64,000 nucleotides of DNA from Octopus sinensis (taxonomy: Eukaryota). The DNA is taken from contig NC_042999.1 of the NCBI RefSeq assembly GCF_006345805.1, positions 83,204,001-83,268,000 of the forward strand, written 5' to 3'. The position numbers and the translations under genes were made by a program. The notes under the pieces are model-generated. The model made no database searches. It saw only the letters and a program-made list of their open reading frames with translations, and was not told where the DNA came from. Of this stretch, positions 48,355-60,730 are shown in pieces. Within the stretch, counting starts at the first letter, position 1; each line of letters begins with the position of its first letter.

Positions 48355-51300
48355 GTTATTTGAAGTCTTTCCATTATGAATGTTATTACCTTTGCTCTTG
48401 ATGATGTTATATATAACCTTTATCTTTATTGTTATTATAATCATTTATTCCACCACTACCACCATTATCATCATCATCATCAACATTCCACATCTCCCAA
48501 AAACAAACAAGATTTCATCTGTAGGTTATACTGCTTTTTTTTTTTATTTCTCTTTTTCTTTTTCTGCCCCTGCTGTAAGCATGTCTTCTCGATTTCCCCC
48601 CAATTTTTCCTTTTTTTTTGTTTGTTATTATATTTTCATGCTTAAAGTATTTGCTGTTTTATTTATTTATTTATGTTTTTTTCTTTCTAAGTGTCTTTTA
48701 ACTATTATTTTCTTCTTTACTTCACATTTGATTCCAGTTTCCACTAAATGCTATCCCATCGCCCACTTTTATGTTCTTTAAATTTTTTTTTCTTCCCTTT
48801 AAATTCATAAATGAAAATTAATTTTTTTTTAAAAATGTTAAATGAAGCCAGAATAAAATGAATGTGCAACCATTTATTGGGAAATAAATTAAGAACAAAG
48901 AGCAAAAACTATAGGGTATTGGATTAGAATCATTATTATTATTATAGATTAACCTTTTGGTGTTGTTTGAAGTGGAGAAGTGATAGATATTGTAGATTAG
49001 CAGGTGAAATATCTAATAGTATTTATAGTTCCACACTTTACAGATTCTGAAATGAAATCTTACCAAGAAGGGCTTTCAATTTTTTTATTTATTTATGTCA
49101 CCCAGGGTTTGATAAAAGAGGTACATGTCATGTTGTGAGTAGAAAAGGGATAGAAAATCAATTTGGTTGTCTAGACATTCCTTCTTTAAACTTCTCTGCT
49201 AATTTAAGAAATCCTTATTAACTTGAGGTTCTTAGAGTTCAGATATTATGCAGGCATATTTCATTTGTTGGCTTTTGAAGCAGATTAATGTTTAATAGTT
49301 ATTTAAAATAGTCTTAAAAAATTAATGGAAAATTCTCAAAAACATTGTGTCTTGTTTTGAACTCACAGCTTATGAATTATATGGTCTATTATTTTGTCAA
49401 ATCTAAAACAAAATCTAAATTAAGATCCAGAATCCAAGTAAACTGGTGGTGGTTTGTGTTAGCAAAAGTTAATCAGTAGAAATTAGACTGATTAAAAAGA
49501 AAATAATGGAAATTTGGGGTGCACGTGAGGTGAAAAAATCCTGTTTCAGAAAGTTGTTATTTGGTAAAAAGACTATAGTGGCTGATATTTTTTCTCTCTG
49601 AAGAAATGTCTGAAACACTGTTTTTCTCTCTCATTCTTTATGGCAAATCAACTTAACTGTAATATATTCATTCTTTTTGTGAGCTTTAAAAAAATTCATA
49701 AATTCAGGCTATAGAGGAAAGAATTGCAATTGCAATCATTCTTTCAGTTTTCATGTCTTTGGAGAAAAATATAAATCTGTCCTCTTTTATTTTTTTAGTT
49801 TTCTTTGTGAATTTTTCTGTGGAAAGAAAAGGAAAATGCATGAGTGGGTCAAGTTTTGGACTACCATTTCAAGATCTAAGGCTTTTTCATTATATCTTTT
49901 GGGTTGAGCAATCATCTTTAGATCCCCCTTGAATCAATTAAGTGTAGGGGTGCCACTAATAAAAAAACTTGAAATTTTATAGGATTTCTGTTGGAATTAT
50001 AAGGGCATTTTGTTTTTATTCTAAATCTCTAGGATTTACTAGGGTTGTCGAGGGCATCAAAGTGACTTCAACTTAACCCTCTAGCATTTAGAGTATTTTG
50101 TCAAGTATAATTAATGCTTATTTATTCAATTGTTTTGAATTAATCATGCATCATCTCACAGCTGTTAGATTTTGATGATGTGATTGTTTCTTTTTAGATA
50201 AACATTGTAGAGTAGGTGCAAGAGACCAGATCTGGCTGGTTTTCACATGAAAGTGGTAGAAAAATTTTTGGCTGGATACAGCTGGTTTAAATGCTAGGGG
50301 GTTAAGTTAGCGTGCTCTATCAAAAGCAATCAGATGAGTTATTTATCAAAAAAATTGAAGTGATCTACTTGTCAGGAAAAGCAAAATGGCTAAGTGAATA
50401 AGATGTTGAGTTCAAACCTGCTGCAAACATCTCATAGCATTTTTACATCATAATAGTTAATTCTGTATTGTTTTCCTTATTCAGCTGTAGTGAATGAGGT
50501 AATTCAGTAACAATCAAACCAGCTTTTGGAAAAAAATTTAAAAAATTAACAGCTATTAATACACATTTATCTAATGAAAATGTTACCACTTATCTTAATG
50601 TTACATAAACTCATGTTAAGAATTCATTTTATGGATCATTATGATTTGTGAAAGGATCTATTTTAACAATACAAATTGTAATTTAAATATCTTAATGAAA
50701 TTATCAACATTGGTTTTATGTTTTAATCTGTGTAATATCACATACTTGCAATGTCTAGACTCTGTTGTTCTTTTGAGAGAGCTTTCTCTTTCATATTTCA
50801 AGTAAATAATTGTCCAGCAACTGAGATTGATTTAGTCAATTATTTTCTCTAAAAATGTGTGATCTTTTGTAGTAGTAGTAGTGTAAATACAATCTTTATT
50901 CTCATACAATCGTATCAGTTATTTACTGAAGTATATCATATCAACTATGACCTCATTCCTTTATCAAAGAACTTCCAAAATCTCTTGAATTCTGTGCATC
51001 TAGTGTGTAAGTATGAGTGCGCATAGACACACACACACACAAACAGAACACATACATGTGTACACACACTCATACATATTTAGATATAGGTCATTATACT
51101 GAATTAAAGGAACTATAAACCAAGAATAAAAAAACAAAATAAAAACAGTCGCTAAAAAGATAGAAACAACAAAACACACATCAGAAGGATATTTTTCTTT
51201 AATTCAATTGTTTCCCTTTTTTTTTATGTTTTGTATCTTAAATTGCTTGCTTGCTCAATTTTACTATTGCTGAAAGCTTTCATCTCTAAGCATTTCATTT

Positions 51301-54300
51301 ATTTTTATTTGTTATTCTGTTGCATCTTTCCCCAATACTGAGAAAAAAAAATTAAATTAAGCAATGCTAATGCAGCAGAAATCGGATAAAACATCAGGTG
51401 CATTTAGAATAAAACCGTAGGAGTTGCTAAATATGTTAAATATAATAAGTTTCAGATCATTCTATAAGCTTCATTAGTTTTGTTTTATTTTATTTTCATA
51501 TATTTTATTTCCTTTTAAGGGTTTCTATTATTTGTTTCTTTTCCTTCATTTTGTTCTTGTTTTTTTTTTTTGTTTTTTATTTTTTCAGTGGGGTTCATAG
51601 TGCTCTTTCTTACCCTCTTCATTCTTATTTTGTTTGTCTTATTCCCCCTTTTCCCACTCTTCTGACTATTTGAAAACATATACAAATATTAGAACAACTT
51701 CTGTGTAGTTTAAAATTTTCAAGTTGAAAATTTTTTTTCTTGTTTTTTGGTTTTTTTTTACCCTCCAAAAAAAGTAAAAATTGCCTCTTCATAGGAATTA
51801 TAGTTAGAAATCTAAAAGAAAATTAATACCTTGTAGCACACATGCACCAAGCTAATGCACTGGGGAATATCAAGAGCTCAGCATTTAATTGGTTAATTGA
51901 CTCTGAAATGTGCACTATCAAATATTGCATAATTATATATATATATTCCTACCTTTCTAAACAGCTTTTACTGTATGGCATTTTGATATCTCACAAAGGT
52001 TTTGGTTTCTCTTTCATCTTTTCTGCTCAATAATTGAATAACAAATAAGCTCTGGGGCAAAGCTAATATGGTATCATGGTTGAGATTCTATTACTTAACC
52101 CTTTAGCAATCAGATTACTCTCTCAAATGTAATGCATATTTGTTCTCATCATTTTGAATTAATCATGCATTATCTTGTAGCTTTGAGATTTTGGTGATGT
52201 GATTATTTTTTTTTTAGAATGACATTGTAGGGTATGTGCTAGAGGCTGATTTGAACATAAAAACCAGTAGAATATTTGGGCCAGATATGGCCAATTAAAA
52301 TGCTAAAGTGTTAAGCCAGTACTAAGATTCTTCGAAGAAGGCACTTACCATTCAGCCTGGCGGGGGTGGGGGGTTCTAATGAGTGGTTAACTTCATAGTA
52401 AGATATTCTCTCTCTGTCCCCCATCCCTATATATATGTATATGTATATATAGTAAGGTGGTCAAGTAAGCAGATAAATTGTTGTGGTGTTTGTTCTGGCT
52501 CTTAATGTTTTGAGTTCAGATCCCACTGGCATCAGCTTTACCGTTCATCCTCTCAAAGATTGATAACTAAAATACTAATGTGAGTACCTCAGTGTAGTTA
52601 GTTGATGTCTCTTCTATGCATAAAAACCAAAACACCCTCAAATCACAATTTACCATCTTCAAAAATTAAAACGAGAAGAACATATTGGATAATAAAGCTT
52701 TAGATAGACACTGACTGACTAAAGACTATGTTTGCGTTTGGAATGTCTTTGATAATTTATCTGCTCAATCAGAACTGGTTTGGGGCTCAAGAAATTACTA
52801 ATTACACTAATTTCAGTTGGCACAACCCTCTCTCCCTCCACCATTTGTTGCATCCTAGATGCTCCACTAGGTTAATTGCAGGAAACCTGAAAGGGTGTTT
52901 GATATTTGTTCCTACTTATGTAGACATCTAAAATCAATAGTGAAACCATGTTACATGCGGTACTAAGTCATCGTTTGTTGAGCATGACTACATCTTTAAT
53001 ATCACATAATTTACTCATATTTGTACTTACTGCAACATTTTCTGATTGATCTCATCTGAGGCATAACGTCACTAAGTGCTCAATGAATTGTAAACAATAA
53101 GCTAGGATATTCAGAGCTGCAAATTTGGTCCACATCAATGCTTTTCAGAGCTCGTGGCACTGCCCTCTGTGGCTCAGTGGAAAATTTTATATTGGTACTG
53201 GGAATGAAACGAGCAGTAGAAAGGAGCAATAGCTTCATTATTAAATATAATATTATGTATTGCTTGTTAGCAACAATGGCAATAACTGTAGTGATGACAA
53301 CATGACAATAATATCAAACTTCAAAATGTGAATTAGTAAATAATTGATGCTAAATAAGCAAAACCAAATATATGTTATCTATGGCTGTAAATTAGAAACA
53401 ATATACTAAAGTATTATTTAAAAGGCACTGTCAAAATCTGAGTGTTTTCACACATGCAATAAAGAGGGCCACTGCATCTGTAGCATTTGGTAACATCATG
53501 ATATGCCTTGAATTTTTATTCAAATGAATCGACCCCAGTACTTGGATTTCTTACTAAGCCTGATACTTATTGTATTGGTCTCTTTTGCCAAACTGCTAGG
53601 TTACAGAGGTGTAGGCACACCAACACGAGCTGTCAAACAGTGGTGGGGGACAAAGACACACACACATATATATATACATGACAGGTTTCTTCCAGTTTGT
53701 CTACCAAATCCACTCACAAGGCTTTGACCAGCCCAAGGTGCCACGCAGTGGGACTGAACCCAGAACCATATAGTCAAGAAGCAAGCTTCTAACCACACAG
53801 CCACACTTGTGCCTATAAATAAAATACAGCTATAAAACAGAATTTAAAAGTAAATATCAGCTGGGAGCTACAGAGATGTATATGAAGCAGAATAGTAATG
53901 TGGTGCTGTGGAAAGTAAATTCCTATGTCAAACTAGTTTTTGGAACTAAATTACTCTGGTTTTGTATTGCGTGTATGTACATTAAAAATCAAGGACAGGA
54001 GCATTGAATCATAGCAAAGTGACAATGGAAAACATGTCAGTATAAAAGAAAAGGGGTAATAGTTGCAAAAAGTTTGGAAACTTTGGTTCACTTGATAAAT
54101 ATAGAATAAATTTAACAACTCTGTGAAGCATTCAGAATTATATTGTCTTCATATTGAGTCAGGTCCTCTTTCTTTTAACTGAATTTATGATTTACTTCAT
54201 CATGCGACTGCAAGAAAAGGACACAACAGTAATTGCCTGATTCTACATCAGAAGCACAGTGTGATTTTTCTTTTTATTATTATTATTATTATTCAAGGCA

Positions 54301-55200
54301 CCATGCATTGGAACTGAACCTGAAACCATGTGGCTGGGAAGCCGACTTCTTGACTACACACACACACACTGTATATGTCCCATGTCTTAGACTTAGAAAC
54401 TATCATTCAGTTTGGCTTATCTTGCCATGATCTCCAATCACTATTGTATTTACTGGTTGTGTGATGGTTTAATAAAACAATATCATCTAGATTAAAATCA
54501 TCACATATAAGAAGATATTCCTACCGTATTACCGTTATTGGTTTTATCAATGAAAGAAAACATTATTATTATTATTATTTTGCATTCCCTTGACATTCCA
54601 TTCTTTTAATCCCCACCTCTTGTTTGGTCATACTAAAGACACTAATTTCTTTTGGTTATTTGGTTCAAATGCTATTTCTCTTCCTTTCACTTTCACCATT
54701 CTAGTTCTTACCTCATTCATTCTGTTGCAGTGGTTTTCCTTTTTTGTTTATTATTTTTTTTTTCTTCTTCTTACCCCTCATCAAATAGAGAAGTATCCAG
54801 ATCCTTTTGCTCATACTTTGATGGGCTGACCACCTGCTGGCAATCATTGCAGTCTTCCTACTCTCTAAATAAGAATAATGTCTGCTGTTTAATGATTGAA
54901 GCCAGCAAAAATGCATGCAATACAAGTAAATAGATATTATGTAAGACAAAGCTACTGCTACCAGTAGTGGTAGATAGAATGATAAAAAATAGTATCTATA
55001 TAATATAAAAATTAGTAATAGTAATAATAAAAAAACTGATATATTTAGAAAAAATATATACTTAATTAAATCCGGCTTCTAAACAACTTTCCCGACAATC
55101 CCCTCCCTACCAAAAATACGGGAGCAAAATTATTATCTCAACAAAAAAAAGTAAAAGATAAACTAATGTCTATTATTGCCTTTGTTATCAAATTCTACAG

Positions 55201-55401
55201 TGAACAAATCCGATAGACAGATGCCTACAACAGCAACGACCACCACCACCACCATCACCACGACTACCACACCAGTTCCTAAGACCACTTCGAAGTACTT
55301 TGCAAGATGTCCACCTTGTAAACCATGTATAACACCTGATCCCAAGATTCATGTCAGGAGACCGGATGCCAAGTTTCCTTGGGCAACACAGCCATCTGAT
55401 G
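55201..55401 (+). CDS. Sema-1a: Probable semaphorin exon 16 (phase 1 to 1): mucin-like stalk (V)NKSDRQMPTTATTTTTTITTTTTPVPKTTSKYFARCPPCKPCITPDPKIHVRRPDAKFPWATQPSD(G)
   Basis: ctacag|TG...GATG|gttagc; 201 nt, stop-free, phase matches exon 15, with GC-richer coding-like composition. No homology support, so the assignment rests on phase, splice sites and position. Confidence 0.72.
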
Positions 55402-56854
55402 GTTAGCAAAAAGAAATGACTAACACCTATATATATATATATTAATAAATATATATATATGTATATATATAATATTAATAATAATAGTAATACAAATAAT
55501 ACTATAATCTCTAATTAGATGAAATAACCTTTAGAAAAAAGACCACCTGTTAACATTGAAATTTATTTATGTGTGTTTAGAATGCACCATTTCCTTGAAA
55601 TCTTCCATGAAACCACTAACACCATCATCACTACCACCACTACTATTACTTCTACCAAAACTCCAACAATAGCAACAGAGGAAGTGAGGGAGCATCTTTG
55701 ACAACACTTGCCAGAAGCAGTAGCCAAATCTCCCTCAAAATCATACCCTACTATCTACAAAAAGAAGAATTATGTAATGTTTTCAGTAAAATCCCTTAAC
55801 CCTCTCTTTTAAATTTTCTATGATGAATCAATGAGGGATTCTTTTTCTATGTTTTAACTTAACTTCCTTATTCTTCATAATGGACAAAATCTTTCCCAGC
55901 AAATTAATCTTTTGCTGATGAGATAAGAGGGCTCTGCTTAAAATATTGGCTAATTCTTCACCTCAGGCACACCAGTCTATTGTGTGTACATTTTGTTGCT
56001 ATTCAGATTTATTAATTGGGTTTCAGCCAATGTCGACTGTGATATTAATTAGAAATTATAAATAGTTGTATTAAAATTGATGGTAGTAGTGGTGGTAGTG
56101 TTGGTCGGTGGGAAGAAAAATGGGGAACTAATTCTGCATCGTGTGCCTCTTGCTATCTATCTATCTTTCAATAGCTCTTTTTTTTTTTTACAGCAAACAG
56201 GTCACTCTAATCTCTCTGAAAGAAATAAACCCTCTGTTCTGTCCAATGCTTTAGCTAGCTGAATAACTTTCAAACTGCATTACTATCAACTCTCAAACAA
56301 TCATGACCCTCTCTTCATCTGTCGCTGAATTCACTAACTCAAACACACAATGCTCTAACTCTCTCTCTCTCTTTCTTGCTTTCTGAAGAGACTGAACCAT
56401 CCTGTGTTCTTTCTGCTTTTGTATTCTATTTTCATCACTAATTTAACTAACTATACTAAAACCTCTCTCTTCTCTTTCTCTCTTTCTCTCTCAAGCTGTC
56501 TGCTGCCTGATTTACTTGGAGCTTTTCTTTTACTATTTCTGCTTGCCATAATTTCATTGTCTACCATTTAACTTCTTTTTATAATGTTCAATTCTCTTTC
56601 AGTTTGGTTTGTGTATACACATACACATATATAAAATGCGTGTGTGAGTGTGTGTTTATATGTGTGTATATATAATTTTTATATTGATAAACTAAGTGCA
56701 TGTTAAGGTGCCTGTCATATAAGTAATATTTTAGATCTCCATGTTTTCTGTTATAGCAGCAACAACAACTAACAAAAAAGCCTTTGAAGAGAATCTGTGT
56801 TATTTTGCAAAATTTCTTGCTAAGGGTCATTGTGGTTATAAAGATCACGGAGTG

Positions 56855-56892
<38 letters not shown>

Positions 56893-57450
56893 CATATATA
56901 TATATATATATATATATGATATATGATATATATATATGATATGCAAAAAACAAGCCTAACATCCTTACTCATATTTCAGTATTTCATAAGGAAATCATCA
57001 CATAATCCATGTTGCAATAGTCACTGAAACAGCTGTAAAGATGCTATAAATATAGAGTTTCATAATAGATTTCCCAGGCTTGACTTTTGTGTGAATACAG
57101 GCATATATATGTGCCACATCAAGTGTAAGGTTGTCACCAGTACTTATTATCTATCTATCTATCCAATCATACACACTATTTATACAGAGTAGATGTGGAG
57201 TAAAATATTTGTTACATTAGTTATCAATACTTAAATTCACTATCTTCTGTATATGTGACGATGATGATGGTAACCTCTCTACTCTTGTCACAAATTTCAT
57301 TCTCCTTCTTTCATTTACTATATATACCAGGCAGGTATATATACCTTGCACTATTTCCCTTTCTCTCTCTCTTCATACACACACACATTATATATATATA
57401 TATATATATATATAACAAAGTTGATTTGTGGGGTATCGCACGAGTGGAAT

Positions 57451-57497
57451 TATATACGAAAGAAGGTTTGAAATTTTCAAACCTTCTTTCGTATATA
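57451..57497. repeat. Perfect palindrome, 23-bp arms with a 1-nt spacer
   Basis: TATATACGAAAGAAGGTTTGAAA-T-TTTCAAACCTTCTTTCGTATATA; both strands translate to YTKEGLK.SNLLSYI in the ORF track. Confidence 0.97.
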
Positions 57498-57499
57498 TA

Positions 57500-57870
57500 T
57501 CTCTCTCTATATAAACGGCAGTTTGTCTGTGCGTGTTTCTGTGTGTCTGTTTTCTCGTACCCTCACCCTGACCACGGCTTTCAACCGATTCTGATGAAAC
57601 TTGACACACACATAGCCCAATGTCATAATTCAAAGCTAACGCAGCGAAAATTTTGAAAAGTTCCCCCAGTTCTGAAAAATATCGATAAAATCGACATGGG
57701 GTCGAGAATCAGAAACAAACCACAGACTGTCTAGGGGACGCAACTCAACCTTTTTTAACTCAAAAAAAAATTTACCATAATTTTTTTACTATTTTTTGGC
57801 TATAACACTCTAAAAATGCTTTATAGTTATTTCCCTTACAAACCCGAGCAACGCCGGGCGATACTGCTAG
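57500..57870 (+). mobile_element. Non-autonomous Helitron-type element
   Basis: Starts TC after A; ends with GC-rich hairpin CCCG(A)GC-AAC-GCCGGG (57843-57858), then CTAG followed by T; no TSD; (TGTC/TGTG)n near the 5' end. Confidence 0.82.
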
Positions 57871-57997
57871 TATATATATATTTGTAATTCAGTTATGTTT
57901 TAGAAGGTTGACTGTGACTTCAGAGTTTTACCAAGAAAAGCTTAGACTATTTGATAAATCTTCCTTTGTAAAACTTTGAGGTTAGAGTCTTCGTTGA

Positions 57998-58123
57998 CCC
58001 TTTGAGCCCGTAACACCAATTTACCGGTGGATGGCTTATTTTTCTTTATACCGTAGCACTGCTCTACTGGTGGAGTGCCAGGTATATGGTCAAATAAGGT
58101 CCAGGAGGTCAGGGCTGAAAGGG
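57998..58123. mobile_element. Short piggyBac-type MITE, different interior (family D)
   Basis: TTGA-CCCTTTGAGCCC ... GGGCTGAAAGGG-TTAA; 12-bp TIR with one mismatch; single copy in window. Confidence 0.6.
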
Positions 58124-58612
58124 TTAATTATTAGAAAATATTTAACTCCACATCATATATCAACTCCTCTCTTCAATTTATATTCATTAATTGCCTGTTA
58201 TTATTGAGAATAATATTATTAATAAATATACTCATAAAAAGAGAGATGGTGGAACAAGTGTCATCAAATGAAAGAATGAGCATTTGGTATATATAAAGAT
58301 AGAGTTAAAGATTTTTATGTTTACAACATGGAGCCATATTACTCCAGAAAATCTCCAGTGATACTTTGTACAGACTCGAATCAAACCTAAGATATGACTA
58401 CTGAACTTAAAATCATCACGTATATTTCAGCCTACTCTCAATGCATGGAGTTATGGAGATCAGATTCAGATATATCTGGTGATTTTAAGTTCATTTGATA
58501 ACAAAAAAAAAAGAAAAAGAAAGGAAAAAAAAGATTTGATTGAATTCTATGGAAACTTTCATTAGAGTTTATCTAAAACACAGACTAATATGCTTTGACT
58601 GATTCCATACTG

Positions 58613-58649
<37 letters not shown>

Positions 58650-60472
58650 TACATACAAAGACATTATATATGTATATGTATACATACACAATCACACACT
58701 ATATACATCATATATACCATCCTAATCTTGTCTGCATAATTGTAGGTAGGTTTGTTAGAACAATATATCTACATTACATAGGAATGGCATGCTTTTGTTG
58801 TTTCACCACTAAACAACTGCACCCCACCCTCTACCCAAATGCCATTTGCCAATCTAATATTTTGAATCTTTTTCCGAGTAACTTACTTTGCATTTATTTA
58901 TTTGTTTCTTTTGTTTTTCTATAAATTATTTTTTTCAATATTTATTTTGGTTTTTATCTTGCATTCTTTATGAAGGGGTTTCTTTTTTTAAAAAAAATAT
59001 TTCTTTTTTTTTGTTTTTTCATCATTGTTGTTGCTTCCATATTGAAATATGCAGTTTTTATAGTAAATTGAAAATTTGTTGTTTTTTTTTTGTTATATCT
59101 TTGTAATGTAGTAATGGTTAATGTTTTTTGTTTTCATTTTCCCCTTTATTTTGTTATTTATTTATTTATTTATTTACTTATGTACTTATTTATTTATTTA
59201 TTTTGGAGGTGAAGATGATAGGAATCTTATTTGTTCTGTTAATAAGATTAACCTCTATCAGCACTTTTAACTCTACCTTGGGTATGTTAACTGGGCTCCC
59301 ACTCTCCTGCAAATATTTGAGTTAGTACTCTGGTCTGAGAATAACTTCTTCACAATGACTTGCCAGTCTTGGAGTTCTTAGGTGGGAGTGGAAGCTATAA
59401 GCACTTCTTGCCTTTCCTTCTCTGACTGTGCCATAAAGTAATACAATTTTAACCCTTTTCTGATATTCTTTTTAAAATAACACTGCTTCTGTTTCAATTA
59501 ACTTTGAAAATAAGGAAGAATTTTGTAGAACAACTTTGTCGTTATTATGGTAGTATTTGGAACATAAAGTAACATGAAATTTTGGTGGAGGGTCTCGCTT
59601 TTGACCTCTTAAAAGACAAAGTTTGTATCAAAGAACCAGGAGCAGCCTAATGCAGATTGGTATGAAAAGGGCTGATTTCATTATTGTCATTTAATGTCCA
59701 TTTTCCATGCTGGCATTGTTTGAATGAATCAACAGGATCTGGCAAGCTGCAAGGCTATGTTGAATTCCAGTGTTACCTTTGGTTTCTATGGCTGGCCGCC
59801 CTTCCTAATGCCAACCATATTACAGTGTGTGCTGGGTGCTTTTTGGGGGGGGGGGTTGTGCTTCTGGCACAAGTGATCTCACTACTCAGCTATCTGTTTT
59901 TGCAAATCTTAATGATATATATAACTTGATACTTATCTCTAGTTTTCATAACTTAACCCTTTCGTTACTGTATTTATTTTGAGATGCTCTGTGTTTCTTT
60001 CCATTAATTTTAAATAGAACAAAGAATTTAGTAAAATAACTTAATTACCATTAAGCTAGTGTTGGAAACATAAATTGTGACTAAGGTTTGGTGAAAGATT
60101 TTAATTCAAAACTTAAGAAAACAAGGCACTTGTACTACAGAGCCAGAGGCGGTTTCGGCCAGGTTGGTAATGAAAGGGTTAAGGTAACTTGCTCTTCTCT
60201 CATATAGTTTGCTGGTCAATTGCAAGGAGCTTTGCTACTTGAACTCACTCATATTGCATTTGTCAAACAACAGTGTGGCTATGGTTACTATAACTGTTCA
60301 AGTAGCTCTAGCTTTGCTGTACTTTGTCACTGCCAGTTAAGCTAGATTGTTGAAGAATTAAGCTTTTGTGAGTGCATGTCTTATGAAAAATATACTGCTT
60401 AAGTGTCCTAATTATAACCTAAAATTTAGATTTAATAGAAGAACTTAATTCTTCATTACTTAGCTAATGGTT

Positions 60473-60730
60473 GTGGAAGCACGTGGCTTAGTGGTTAGGG
60501 TGTCAGCATCATGATCGTAAGATTGTGGTTTCGATTCCTGGACCGGACGATGCATTGTGTTCTTGAGCAAAACACTTTATTTCACGTTGCTCCAGTTCAC
60601 TCAGCTGGCAAAAGTGAGTAGCGCTGCGATGGACTGGCATCCCATCCAGCTGGGGAACATATATGGCATAGAAACCGGGCCCATGAGCCTGTCTAGGCAT
60701 TAAAAGGGCACATTTATTTATTATTATTTT
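60473..60730 (+). mobile_element. Full-length SINE family D with 10-bp TSD. Partial copies ~1-230 and ~44920-45140
   Basis: GCTAATGGTT at 60463-60472 and 60731-60740; A box TGGCTTAGTGG, B box GTTTCGATTCC, (TTA)n tail. Confidence 0.88.

Larger units (their letters stand above)
3030..55401 (+). other. Sema-1a: Multi-exon class 1 semaphorin gene (Sema-1a-like), 5' and 3' incomplete in window; 16 exons, Sema + PSI + Thr-rich stalk
   Basis: 16 exons with AG/GT boundaries and matching phases give 1734 nt with no stop. Hallmark motifs: [89 protein letters not shown]. No Ig domain follows the PSI, matching the recalled Drosophila Sema-1a/vertebrate Sema6 type. Exact paralog (1a vs 1b-like) not resolved. 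Confidence 0.93.

Noticed and set aside
54590-54829. ORF with a GPI-signal-like stretch (GSNAISLPFTFTILVLTSFILLQ)
   Set aside because: The acceptor context is poor, the hydrophobic run continues through plain T-rich intron, and it lies just upstream of the better-supported exon 16.
55581-55683. Second Thr-rich segment (TTNTIITTTTTITSTKTPT) as another stalk exon
   Set aside because: The only open frame is phase 2 to 0, incompatible with exon 16, and it runs into a dispersed repeat.
59210-59282. Possible hydrophobic exon VKMIGILFVLLIRLTSISTFNSTL with a gtatgt donor as the TM exon
   Set aside because: It has a weak GAG acceptor, a phase-0 entry that does not fit exon 16, and too short a hydrophobic run.
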